A stretch of 64,000 nucleotides of DNA from a bacterium (GCA_963627065.1 CAVGAA010000003.1:52361-116360), one strand, 5' to 3'; counted from the first letter of the stretch, positions 43,652 through 52,325 are shown. Program-made: numbers and translations. Notes: a model not told the origin generated them from the letters alone.

Positions 43652-45814
43652 ATGAAAAAGTTAAAATTTGTTCTGTTGCTCGTCCTGTCTGCGGTTATGA
43701 TGTTACCGCTCTTCACAATCGGTGCATCGGCATCTTCGGCATATCAGACCTACACGTACTCCATCAGCGGAAAAGCACTCTATTCGCCGGATGCGTATAC
43801 GGCATCGAAAACCGTTAATGCAGCCGACCTCGGCATTGACAAGTTCAACAACCCCGGCGATATGGTGACCGACTCCGAAAAGAAGGTCTACATTGCCGAT
43901 TCGGGAAGCAACCGCATTTTGATTCTTTCCCGTTATTTCGAGCTGGAACACATCATTACCGATTTCGTCAACGACAAAGGAAACCCCGACTCGCTGAAAA
44001 ATCCGCAGGGTGTCTTCGTAGTCGATCCGGACGGTGACGAACACGGTGAAATCTGGGTTGCGGACACAGACCAGAACCGTTTGGTCGTTTTTGACCGTGA
44101 AACCTTTGAATTCGTCCGGATCGTAGACCAGCCGACCAGCCAACTTTTCGATGACGATGCAGTCTACAAGCCGGTGGCACTTGCCATTGACCAGTACGGC
44201 AGAATTTACGTCGTGTCCTCGACCACCTATCAGGGTATCATCGTTATGGACAGTGACGGCGAATTCGTCGGATTCATCGGAGCTCAGGCAGTCACGATCA
44301 GTGCATGGGAAATTCTTTGGAGAAAGATTCAGACAGACGAGCAGAAGAAAGTCAGTGCAAAACTCATCTCCACCGAATATAACAACATTGCAATTACAGA
44401 TGACGGTTTCGTTTACGTCACAACGTCCTCGATTGCGGAATCTTCCGTGAGAAGTGCAATCAAAGGAAAATCGACCTCCGGTACGTATCTGCCGGTCAAG
44501 CTCCTCAACCCGTCGGGTGAAGAAATCATGCGTCGGAACGGCTTCTGGCCACCGGCAGGTGAAATTGACTATTCGACCGACTCCACCGATACGTACAGCG
44601 GTGTTTCCACCATTACGGACGTAGCGGTCGGACCTGAAAAAACATGGTCGATTATCGACGAAAAAAGACAAAAGATTTACACCTACGATTTCAACGGCAA
44701 CCTGCTTTTCGCTTTCGGCGATAAAGGCTCGATGCTCGGCAGTATTTCGAGTATTGAGGCAATCTGCTATCAGGGTGACACGCTGTTGGCTCTCGATAAA
44801 GGTAACGAGGGCAGTATCATCGTTTACGAAAGAACGAAATACGGCGACCTGCTGATTGAAGCAATCGGGGCACAGAACTCCCTCGATTACGATTATGCAA
44901 TCGAGTGTTGGAAAGCAGTCCTGCAAAGAAACTCCAACTTCGATGCCGCTTATGTCGGTATCGGTGACGCAATGTACCGGAACGGTTCTTATGCCGAGGC
45001 ACTCGAAATGTACGAAGTCGCTTACGACACAAGCAACTGGAGCGAGGCTTACAAGGAAGTCCGCAAAGAGTGGATTTCCAAGTGGTTCCTGCTGGTTATC
45101 GTCCTCATCGTCGCCGTGATTATCGGTGTTATCAAGTGGTTCGGTTACGCAGCAAAAGTCAATAAGCGGGTATCCACAAACGGTCAGTTGCACAAGACTT
45201 TCGGTCAGGAACTGATATACGGTTTCTACGTTATTTTCCACCCGTTTGACGGTTTCTACGACATCAAGCACGAACACAGAGGCTCGGTGCGTGCGGCACT
45301 CGTTTATGTCGCAATCGCAGTCCTGACCTTCTTCTATCAGGGTGTCGGTCAGGGTTATGTTCTGAACCCGACCAGAACCGTTACCACAATCTGGACACAG
45401 TTGATTTCGGTCTGTGTGCCGATTCTCCTCTTTGTCCTTGCAAACTGGTGTTTGACGACTCTGTTCGACGGCGAGGGTAGTTTCAAAGACATTTTCATTG
45501 CAACGTCGTATTCGTTGCTCCCGCTTCCGCTCCTCATTATTCCGGCTACGATTTGTTCAAACTGGGTATCGAGCAGTGAAGCGTCCATTATCACGTTTAT
45601 CGGAACGGTTTCGTTCATCTGGGTAGGCATCCTGATTTTCTTCGGAACGATGGTCACGCATGATTATTCCTTCTTCAAGAATTTCATCATCATTCTGTTC
45701 ACAATCGTCGCAATGGCATGCATTGTCTTTATCGTGCTTCTGTTCAGTATGCTGTTGGCGAAACTTGTCAGCTTGGTAACGAACCTGATAACCGAAATCC
45801 AGTACCGTGCGTAA
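43652..45814 (+). CDS. Signal peptide + NHL-repeat beta-propeller + TPR-like segment + C-terminal Yip1-type 5-TM domain
   Basis: NHL-like repeats (NPGDMVTDSEKKVYIADSGSNRILIL; NPQGVFVVDPDGDEHGEIWVADTDQNRLVVF; KPVALAIDQYGRIYVVS), the TPR-like segment AIECWKAVLQRNSNFDAAYVGIGDAMYRNGSYAEALEMYEVAY, and then a Yip1-like membrane domain (GFYVIFHPFDGFYDIKHEHRGS...). Confidence 0.7.
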   Translation: MKKLKFVLLLVLSAVMMLPLFTIGASASSAYQTYTYSISGKALYSPDAYTASKTVNAADLGIDKFNNPGDMVTDSEKKVYIADSGSNRILILSRYFELEHIITDFVNDKGNPDSLKNPQGVFVVDPDGDEHGEIWVADTDQNRLVVFDRETFEFVRIVDQPTSQLFDDDAVYKPVALAIDQYGRIYVVSSTTYQGIIVMDSDGEFVGFIGAQAVTISAWEILWRKIQTDEQKKVSAKLISTEYNNIAITDDGFVYVTTSSIAESSVRSAIKGKSTSGTYLPVKLLNPSGEEIMRRNGFWPPAGEIDYSTDSTDTYSGVSTITDVAVGPEKTWSIIDEKRQKIYTYDFNGNLLFAFGDKGSMLGSISSIEAICYQGDTLLALDKGNEGSIIVYERTKYGDLLIEAIGAQNSLDYDYAIECWKAVLQRNSNFDAAYVGIGDAMYRNGSYAEALEMYEVAYDTSNWSEAYKEVRKEWISKWFLLVIVLIVAVIIGVIKWFGYAAKVNKRVSTNGQLHKTFGQELIYGFYVIFHPFDGFYDIKHEHRGSVRAALVYVAIAVLTFFYQGVGQGYVLNPTRTVTTIWTQLISVCVPILLFVLANWCLTTLFDGEGSFKDIFIATSYSLLPLPLLIIPATICSNWVSSSEASIITFIGTVSFIWVGILIFFGTMVTHDYSFFKNFIIILFTIVAMACIVFIVLLFSMLLAKLVSLVTNLITEIQYRA

Positions 45815-45836
45815 ACGACAGACAGGAGGAAATTAA

Positions 45837-48800
45837 ATGAAAATTCAAACAAGAATTCTTTCGACATTCTTAGCTGTCGTGTTGATGCTCGGCTCTATCG
45901 CAATCTTCACCACCGTAACCGCCACCGCCGATGAGATGTCCGAATCGGATATTTCAAAGATTTATATGCAGACCGATGTTTACAAAACACCGGAAGAAAA
46001 ACTCGCAAGCATGACGATGATGCTCGAAGGCTACGGGTACAGACTTTACGTCGACTACAAGCACGCAGGCACAATCTCGGCTTCGAAAAATGCAGTCGCT
46101 TACGCAACGAGCGGTGAAATCGCCCTCGTTGAAACGGCGACAATCGGAACGGATCACCTGAATGTTCTGTTCTCGAACCCCTATGACGTGGCAAGTTCCA
46201 AAGGTTCTGCAATGTTCAAGCCGAACGGCAGTACAACCGCAGGCTCGGCAGGTACAAAGGAACAGTCCGTTATGTCGCAGATCATCGTCCAGTATCAGGA
46301 CAACGGCACAACCAAGTACCTTTACAGTTTCCTTGACGCCGCAATGCGTAACCAGATTACCGTTTCCAAAATCAAGAGCGGTGTCCGTGTGGAGTATACA
46401 ATCGGTCGTGAGGAATTCCGTAAACTCGTACCGAGGTGGTTGCCCGAAACCAGTTTCCAAGAGTTGATTATGACACCGCTCAAAGCCGCAGGCGAGAGAG
46501 GGGAACTCGGAACTGCCGCAGAGGCGGAATTCTACATCGGAAAAGTGGAAGCCTTCTTCCAGCTCAAAGATCCCTCACAGATGAAGACGCAGGCGGAAAT
46601 CGATGCCTGCATCAAGACTTACACCTGTACCGATCCGAGTGGCGAAAACATTCCGATCCGTGTCTTCTCGACGGATGCATCTTCGGTCGAAATCAATATG
46701 GTCGAGAATTACATCAAAAAATACTGCCCCGACTACACGTTCGAGCAGATGGACGAAGACCACGAGATCACGCACTATGAGGCAACCGACGAAGAATATC
46801 CGGCATTCAAAATGGCAATCGAATATTCTCTGAACGAGAACGGTTTGCAGGTCAGAGTCCCGATCAACGGTTTGCAGTACAATATGGCATCCTATACATT
46901 GGAGAACATTTCGATTCTTCCTTATATGGGTGCAGGCAACACCAAGAACGAAGGCTACAACTTCTATCCGGACGGTTCGGGTTCGCTCTTTGATTTCAAT
47001 CTGACCAAGACCAACACGGTCAGGGGCAAGATTTACGGAACGGACTACGCATACCACCAGATTTCCGGAACATACCAGAAAACAATCCGCACGCCCGTTT
47101 ACGGCACGGTCGCAACCGAGGTCATTTATACTTACACTTATGAGGTAGATGAGAAAACCGGCGAGATTGATGAAACGACAGGTTTGGAACTCACCAAGCG
47201 TTCGAGATATACCGAGAGCGTATCGAACACCGTCATGACGATTGACGACATTAAAACGGCAGTCGAAAAACTCGGCGGTGAACTGGTCGGTGACATTCAG
47301 ACCAAATCCTACAAGCGTGGCTACCTTGCAATCATCGAGGCGGGTGAGTCGCTCGGCGAAATTGAAACCTATTTTGCAGGGGCTCTCTCGGACTACGCTA
47401 CCATGAGCAACTATTTCAATCCGAAGCCGAAGGACAGTTACGATATTGCAGACTCCATTTCGGTTACAACCAGCAGTACATGGACGGTTGTGTCCGACCG
47501 TAAGTATACGGGCAACATCACCATTCAGTATCAGATGCTGAACGATGCAAGCATTACGGCATCCGCAAGCAGTATCAAGTACGATACCTCGTGGCTCGGT
47601 ATGGCGGAAGCCTACCGGAATTACCTTGTCGGTGAAGGCGTTCTTACCAAACTGACCGAGGAAGACGTGAGCGAAAACATTCCGCTTTATATGGAAGTTT
47701 TCGGTGCAATGAAGACACAGCAGACCATTGCGACTCTGCCGGTCAACGTGATGACACCTTTCACGACTTTCGAAGACATTATGACTATGTACAACGAACT
47801 TTCCGAGAGCGGTGTTTCGAACATCAATTTCAAACTGACCGGTTTCGCAAACGGCGGTATGTACTCCAAGATTCCGTCTTCGCTCAAATGGGTAGGGAAG
47901 GTCGGCGGAAAGTCCGGCTATAAGAAACTGCTCAAACAGGCAAAGGCAATCAATGAGGCGGACGATGAGAATCAAATCGGTATTTTCCCCGATTTCGATT
48001 TTGCATACTGCTCCGAAAACTCGCTCTTCGATGCACTGAACCTCAAAAAAGATGCGGTCAAGACCATTGATAACCGCTATTCTTCCAAACGGCAGTACAG
48101 TGCGACACAGCAAAAGTACGTCAGTTTCTACTCGCTCGCAATTTCTCCGTCGAGATACGACAAGTTCTATGAGAAACTGCTGAAAAAGTACGGCAAATAC
48201 GATATTACGACCATGTCGGTCGCATCTCTCGGTACGGCTCTCAACTCCGACTTTGACGAGGACGATCCGTACAACCGCGAGGACAGCAAGGAATTCACCG
48301 TTAAGGCACTCGAAGCCATTGGCGAGAATTATTCCTTGATGACCGAAGGCGGAAACGCTTACACATGGAAATATATGGACCATATCATCAATATGGATCT
48401 GGATTCCAGCCGTTACGTCAAGTCGGCTTGTGCCGTCCCGTTCGTCGGAGCAGTCCTGCACGGTTACATTCAGTTTGCCGGCACACCTCTGAACGAGGAG
48501 GGCGATGCATCCTACGCAATTCTGAAAGCCATTGAAAACGGTGCAAGCATTTACTTCATCCTCTCTTACCAAAACACCGAGGAATTGAAGGAAGACGAAC
48601 TGCTCAGCCAGTATTACTCCATTCAGTACAGCATCTGGAAAGACGACGTCATCAGTTACTATAAAGAACTCAACTCGCTCCTTTCCGACGTGCAGACCAA
48701 GACCATTATCGGACATACATTCCTCAACTATTACAGCACCGGTTCGGACGGCAACATTTTCGCAACCGAGCGTGTTCTCGATGATGACGAACTCGCAGAG

Positions 48801-49667
48801 AACCTGAAACGCAAACTCGAAAATGCGAAGACCTCCGCCGCAAAAGCCGAAAGTGATGCAAAGATTGCCGAAATCGCATCGCCTGCAGAAGCAAGCGTGG
48901 CACTCAGAAGTGCTATCGACAGTCTGGAAGCCATTCTCGATACGGTATCGGGCAACGAAACGCAACTCGAAACCAACATCAAAAGTATGAAGGCATCCCT
49001 CAACAAACTTGCTGAGGTCGATCCTGCAACCGGAACACAGACGCTCGTCAATTCGCTCCTGCGTTATACCGAACTCTCGACATTCCGTACAGCAGGTGTG
49101 ACGGCATGGAACAACTATGACCGTATTCGCTCGGCTTACAGTCAGGCAGACGAGTTGATGACCGAACTCAAAGCGGCACTCGATCTCATCGCCGAGAAGA
49201 AGGGAACGACTTCCGAGCAGTATAAGATTGCCGAGGAGCAGTACAACGAGGCAGTCACGTGGCTGGCAAGCAAGAAAGCAACCCTGAATACAATCACGAC
49301 AATGGATGCAGACGACATCGCAGGCAACAAGGGTGCATTCGTAACGGCGTTCGATGGGATGTTCACAACGGCAAACAGTGCGGAAATCAAGGGCGAAATG
49401 ACCATTGATCTGGACGTTGAAACCGTTAAGAGCGAAGGCAAAATTCCGGTCTCCGAGGCAACCGAGGAGATTGAAACCGAAACCGACGAAAATGCCCGTT
49501 ATTACGTGACAAACAACAATGTTGTTGCCGTGACATACGGTGACAGCGAAACCAAAGCGGAATACAAAACATTCCTCCTCAACTACAACAGTTATGCCGT
49601 CCGTGTGACCTACAACGGTTTGGTATATACGGTTGCCGCAGGCGGATATGTGATGATTACGCATTGA
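45837..49667 (+). CDS. 1276-aa secreted or membrane-anchored protein of unknown function (possibly DUF5696-like), with a C-terminal coiled-coil region
   Basis: N-terminal signal/anchor ILSTFLAVVLMLGSIAIFTTVTATA. Long globular region with no catalytic motif that I can name. Coiled-coil-like stretch ENLKRKLENAKTSAAKAESDAKIAEI...LETNIKSMKASLNKLAEV. The DUF5696 assignment comes from memory of similar neighbourhoods and is unverified. Confidence 0.6.
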   Translation: MKIQTRILSTFLAVVLMLGSIAIFTTVTATADEMSESDISKIYMQTDVYKTPEEKLASMTMMLEGYGYRLYVDYKHAGTISASKNAVAYATSGEIALVETATIGTDHLNVLFSNPYDVASSKGSAMFKPNGSTTAGSAGTKEQSVMSQIIVQYQDNGTTKYLYSFLDAAMRNQITVSKIKSGVRVEYTIGREEFRKLVPRWLPETSFQELIMTPLKAAGERGELGTAAEAEFYIGKVEAFFQLKDPSQMKTQAEIDACIKTYTCTDPSGENIPIRVFSTDASSVEINMVENYIKKYCPDYTFEQMDEDHEITHYEATDEEYPAFKMAIEYSLNENGLQVRVPINGLQYNMASYTLENISILPYMGAGNTKNEGYNFYPDGSGSLFDFNLTKTNTVRGKIYGTDYAYHQISGTYQKTIRTPVYGTVATEVIYTYTYEVDEKTGEIDETTGLELTKRSRYTESVSNTVMTIDDIKTAVEKLGGELVGDIQTKSYKRGYLAIIEAGESLGEIETYFAGALSDYATMSNYFNPKPKDSYDIADSISVTTSSTWTVVSDRKYTGNITIQYQMLNDASITASASSIKYDTSWLGMAEAYRNYLVGEGVLTKLTEEDVSENIPLYMEVFGAMKTQQTIATLPVNVMTPFTTFEDIMTMYNELSESGVSNINFKLTGFANGGMYSKIPSSLKWVGKVGGKSGYKKLLKQAKAINEADDENQIGIFPDFDFAYCSENSLFDALNLKKDAVKTIDNRYSSKRQYSATQQKYVSFYSLAISPSRYDKFYEKLLKKYGKYDITTMSVASLGTALNSDFDEDDPYNREDSKEFTVKALEAIGENYSLMTEGGNAYTWKYMDHIINMDLDSSRYVKSACAVPFVGAVLHGYIQFAGTPLNEEGDASYAILKAIENGASIYFILSYQNTEELKEDELLSQYYSIQYSIWKDDVISYYKELNSLLSDVQTKTIIGHTFLNYYSTGSDGNIFATERVLDDDELAENLKRKLENAKTSAAKAESDAKIAEIASPAEASVALRSAIDSLEAILDTVSGNETQLETNIKSMKASLNKLAEVDPATGTQTLVNSLLRYTELSTFRTAGVTAWNNYDRIRSAYSQADELMTELKAALDLIAEKKGTTSEQYKIAEEQYNEAVTWLASKKATLNTITTMDADDIAGNKGAFVTAFDGMFTTANSAEIKGEMTIDLDVETVKSEGKIPVSEATEEIETETDENARYYVTNNNVVAVTYGDSETKAEYKTFLLNYNSYAVRVTYNGLVYTVAAGGYVMITH

Positions 49668-49683
49668 TAGGGAGGTGCATACA

Positions 49684-50673
49684 ATGACAACCGATATGAA
49701 TCAGACTCCGGTTCTCGCCGTCAAGGAAAAAGAACCGAAAAGAAGAAAAATTGCATCTCTCGATCGCAGAAAAGCACGCTCCGGCTGGCTCTTCATCCTG
49801 CCGTTCCTGATTGGATTTGTCCTGATTTATCTGCCGATGGTCAAGGACTCGATCGTGTTCAGTTTTTCCAAAATCAATGCCGGAACCGGTGGAGGGGCTT
49901 ACTCCACCGAGTTCGTCGGCTGGGACAACTATAAGGAAGCCCTGCTCGAAGATCCCGACTACGCACAAACGCTGGTCAAGGGCATTCAGCAAATGGCATT
50001 TGACATCCCCGCAATCATTATTTTCTCGCTGTTTATGGCGGTCATGCTCAACCAGAATATGGCAGGGCGTGGTGTCTTCCGTGCAATCTTCTTCATTCCC
50101 GTTATTTTGTCAACGGGTATTATGGAGTCGATTTCTGCGGCGGACATTCTGTCCGACTACATGGAGGACACAAGCGGTATCGATACCGGTACGGGTTCCA
50201 GTACGGCTACGGAACTCGTATCGTCCATGGACTTGCAAAAGTTGTTTTCAAACATGAAAGTCGGTACGGAAATCGTCGATTACGTCACGTCGGCAATCAA
50301 CAACATTTACGGAATCGTCAACCGTTCCGGCGTTCAGATGCTGATTTTCTTGGCTGCTCTGCAATCCATCTCTCCTGCAATTTACGAATCCTGCAAGATT
50401 GACGGTGCAACGGCATGGGAAACCTTCTGGAAAGTCACATTCCCGATGATAACGCCTATGATTCTCGTCAATTCGGTTTACACCGTTATTGACTCCTTCA
50501 CGACCGACGACAACACGGTCATGAGTTTCATTTCGAGCAAGTACTCGGAGTCGAATGGACAGGTGCTGAGTTCTGCAATGTCTTGGATTTATTTCCTCAT
50601 CGTCATCGTCATCGTGTCGGTCATTGCGGCAATCATTTCGGCATTCGTATTCTATCAGCGGAAGGCTGAGTAA
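49684..50673 (+). CDS. Carbohydrate ABC transporter permease (MalF-type), pair 2
   Basis: EAA loop IYESCKIDGATAWETFWKVTFPMITP. A GGGAGG RBS sits 8 nt before the ATG at 49684; the track start at 49675 lies inside the RBS. Confidence 0.85.
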   Translation: MTTDMNQTPVLAVKEKEPKRRKIASLDRRKARSGWLFILPFLIGFVLIYLPMVKDSIVFSFSKINAGTGGGAYSTEFVGWDNYKEALLEDPDYAQTLVKGIQQMAFDIPAIIIFSLFMAVMLNQNMAGRGVFRAIFFIPVILSTGIMESISAADILSDYMEDTSGIDTGTGSSTATELVSSMDLQKLFSNMKVGTEIVDYVTSAINNIYGIVNRSGVQMLIFLAALQSISPAIYESCKIDGATAWETFWKVTFPMITPMILVNSVYTVIDSFTTDDNTVMSFISSKYSESNGQVLSSAMSWIYFLIVIVIVSVIAAIISAFVFYQRKAE

Positions 50674-50684
50674 GGAGGGGAAAC

Positions 50685-51878
50685 ATGGACGCTCAAATCG
50701 AAAAGAAAACGACCGTCAAACACGAATCGAAGAACAGAATCCGTGTCAATTTCGACAGAACTCCGCTTCGTGAACGGTTCAAAGCAAAGTTTCTCAACCT
50801 TTATTTCATCACAAAGGTTCTCTACTGGATCTTCCGTATGGTCCTGCTTGTCGGTATTTCCTACATCGTCATTTATCCGTTCTTGACGAAAATTGCCGGT
50901 TCGTTTATGGCACCGGAAGATTTCGTAGACGTGACGGTGCGGTTGATTCCGAAGAATTTCACGCTCGACATTTACCGAGCAATCATTGACGAGTTGAACT
51001 ATTGGTCTGCATTCCGCAACACCTTGATTCTGTCACTGGCGTGTGCCATCGTTCAGACGCTTATCTGTGCCTTAATCGGTTACGGCTTTGCAAAGTTCAA
51101 GTTCAAAGGCAGAAACCTTATCTTCCTGTTGGTCGTCTTGACGATGATCATTCCCCACCAGACACTGCAACTTTCCATGTTCATGCGTTTCCGTTATTTC
51201 GACGTTCTGGGCATTGTGAAACTGCTCAAAGGCGGCGGAATCGAAGTCTTCGGACACAACATCAAGAATTTGGGTTCGGGCATTTCGTCCTTCTTTGAAA
51301 AACTGAACATTCTGCCGGATGAAATCAAACTTTTCAAGTACACCGAACTCGTCAGAGGCAAAGAAAAGATTATGTACAAGGTGACCATGAAGGTGACCTC
51401 CGACGGTATCAACCTCATCAACACCTACGTACCGCTCATGTTGCTCTCCTTGGGAGGTCTGGCATTCAAGAACGGTTTGTACATCTTCCTTCTGCGTCAG
51501 TTCTTCCGCGGAATTCCGGACGAACTCGAAGAATCGGCATATATGGACGGTTCGGGTACATTCCGCACCTTCGTGCAGATTATTCTGCCTCTGTCCATCC
51601 CGATGCTCATCACTGTCTTCCTGTTCTCTTTCTGCTGGCAGTGGACCGACGACTTCTACACCAACCTCTTCTTCGTAACATCCGATACGAACCTGCTGGT
51701 CAAACTGATCAATACCATTCCGACATCCCTGCGTACCGATTACGCAGGTCAGGACCTCTACTATGCGGCAATCAGGAATACCTGCGGACTGATGATTATC
51801 TTCCCGCTCGTTATCCTCTACGCATTCTGCCAGAGATTCCTTGTCCAAGGTATCGAGCAATCCGGCTTGGCTAACTAA
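50685..51878 (+). CDS. Carbohydrate ABC transporter permease (MalG-type), pair 2, enlarged to 397 aa
   Basis: EAA loop ELEESAYMDGSGTFRTFVQIILPLSIP. It has an extra N-terminal ~45 aa and a ~75-aa soluble insertion (LKGGGIEVFGHNIKNLGSG...KVTMKVTSDGINL). Confidence 0.8.
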   Translation: MDAQIEKKTTVKHESKNRIRVNFDRTPLRERFKAKFLNLYFITKVLYWIFRMVLLVGISYIVIYPFLTKIAGSFMAPEDFVDVTVRLIPKNFTLDIYRAIIDELNYWSAFRNTLILSLACAIVQTLICALIGYGFAKFKFKGRNLIFLLVVLTMIIPHQTLQLSMFMRFRYFDVLGIVKLLKGGGIEVFGHNIKNLGSGISSFFEKLNILPDEIKLFKYTELVRGKEKIMYKVTMKVTSDGINLINTYVPLMLLSLGGLAFKNGLYIFLLRQFFRGIPDELEESAYMDGSGTFRTFVQIILPLSIPMLITVFLFSFCWQWTDDFYTNLFFVTSDTNLLVKLINTIPTSLRTDYAGQDLYYAAIRNTCGLMIIFPLVILYAFCQRFLVQGIEQSGLAN

Positions 51879-51902
51879 CGGAGAAAACGAACGAATATAC
51901 TA

Positions 51903-51938
51903 TGCGGGAAACATTTTTTGCAAAAATTGTTTCCCGCA
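51903..51938. terminator. 36-nt near-perfect palindrome / strong hairpin 24 nt after the operon stop
   Basis: TGCGGGAAACATTTTTTGCAAAAATTGTTTCCCGCA has an 11-bp GC-rich outer stem, one T-T mismatch, and a 5-bp A/T inner stem. No downstream T-tract follows. Confidence 0.45.
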
Positions 51939-51969
51939 CCCTTCAAAAAAATTGAAGCAAGTAATATTG

Positions 51970-52004
51970 GGAGCAGATTTGTTACGGTCTGCTCCGATTT
52001 ATTA
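51970..52004 (+). terminator. Second hairpin with a U-rich tail
   Basis: GGAGCAGA-10 nt-TCTGCTCC followed by GATTTATT. Confidence 0.5.
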
Positions 52005-52080
52005 TAATACGATTCGCACAGCGTAGCCGTGAGAAAGTTGAAATAAAAGAGAGAGAAAAGCGGAAAATTTCAAAAAAGAC

Positions 52081-52205
52081 TTGACATTTCCGCAAAAAGT
52101 GGTGTAATGAAAATAAAAGGATGCTCGATGCAAGTCGACACCCTCGATAGGTTAAAATAACCGTCCCCCAACTTTGTCAGGATTCAGAGGGCGGTTATTT
52201 TTTTG
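52081..52205 (+). ncRNA. Candidate small RNA or orphan leader: a promoter-to-terminator unit with no ORF
   Basis: TTGACA (52081-52086), a 16-nt spacer, TGTAAT (52103-52108), about 45 nt of unique sequence, then the terminator AATAACCG(T)CCC...GGGCGGTTATT plus T7 (52056..52205). A separate promoter for the next gene follows at 52256. Confidence 0.3.
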
Positions 52206-52255
52206 CTTTTCAGGCTTTTGTCTGCATTGTTTTTCACCCTATATTTTGAAATATC

Positions 52256-52283
52256 TTGACTTTTCAAAAAAATGTGATATAAT
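52256..52283 (+). promoter_or_regulatory. Sigma-A promoter with extended -10 (TTGACT-16-TGaTATAAT)
   Basis: TTGACT at 52256-52261 and TATAAT at 52278-52283. Its position excludes the track start at 52287 for the NUDIX gene. Confidence 0.65.
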
Positions 52284-52325
52284 ATAGTGGTAGCGTTATT
52301 TTGTGAAAAAATTGGAGTAAAAATT

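Noticed and set aside
46575-49664. 1029-aa minus-strand ORF (together with 9977..12469, 27900..29654, 43703..45277, 19474..20913, 59580..60926, 15029..16249, 31362..32441, 36503..37417, 42736..43716 and 51072..51860), considered as possible giant overlapping genes.
   Set aside because: Those I phase-checked lie in the codon-aligned antisense frame of strongly supported sense genes. The translations are rich in Cys, Phe, Arg, His and Val, with no motifs, signal peptides or RBS. Avoidance of TTA, CTA and TCA codons explains them. They are kept only as a codon-bias observation.
52125-52170. ACACCCTCGATAGGTTAAAATAAC, which resembles the preQ1-I riboswitch core (ACCCUC..AUAAAAAACUA).
   Set aside because: The required P1 helix cannot be formed (only a 4-bp TCGA self-pair), the A-rich tail is interrupted, and no queuosine-related gene is downstream.
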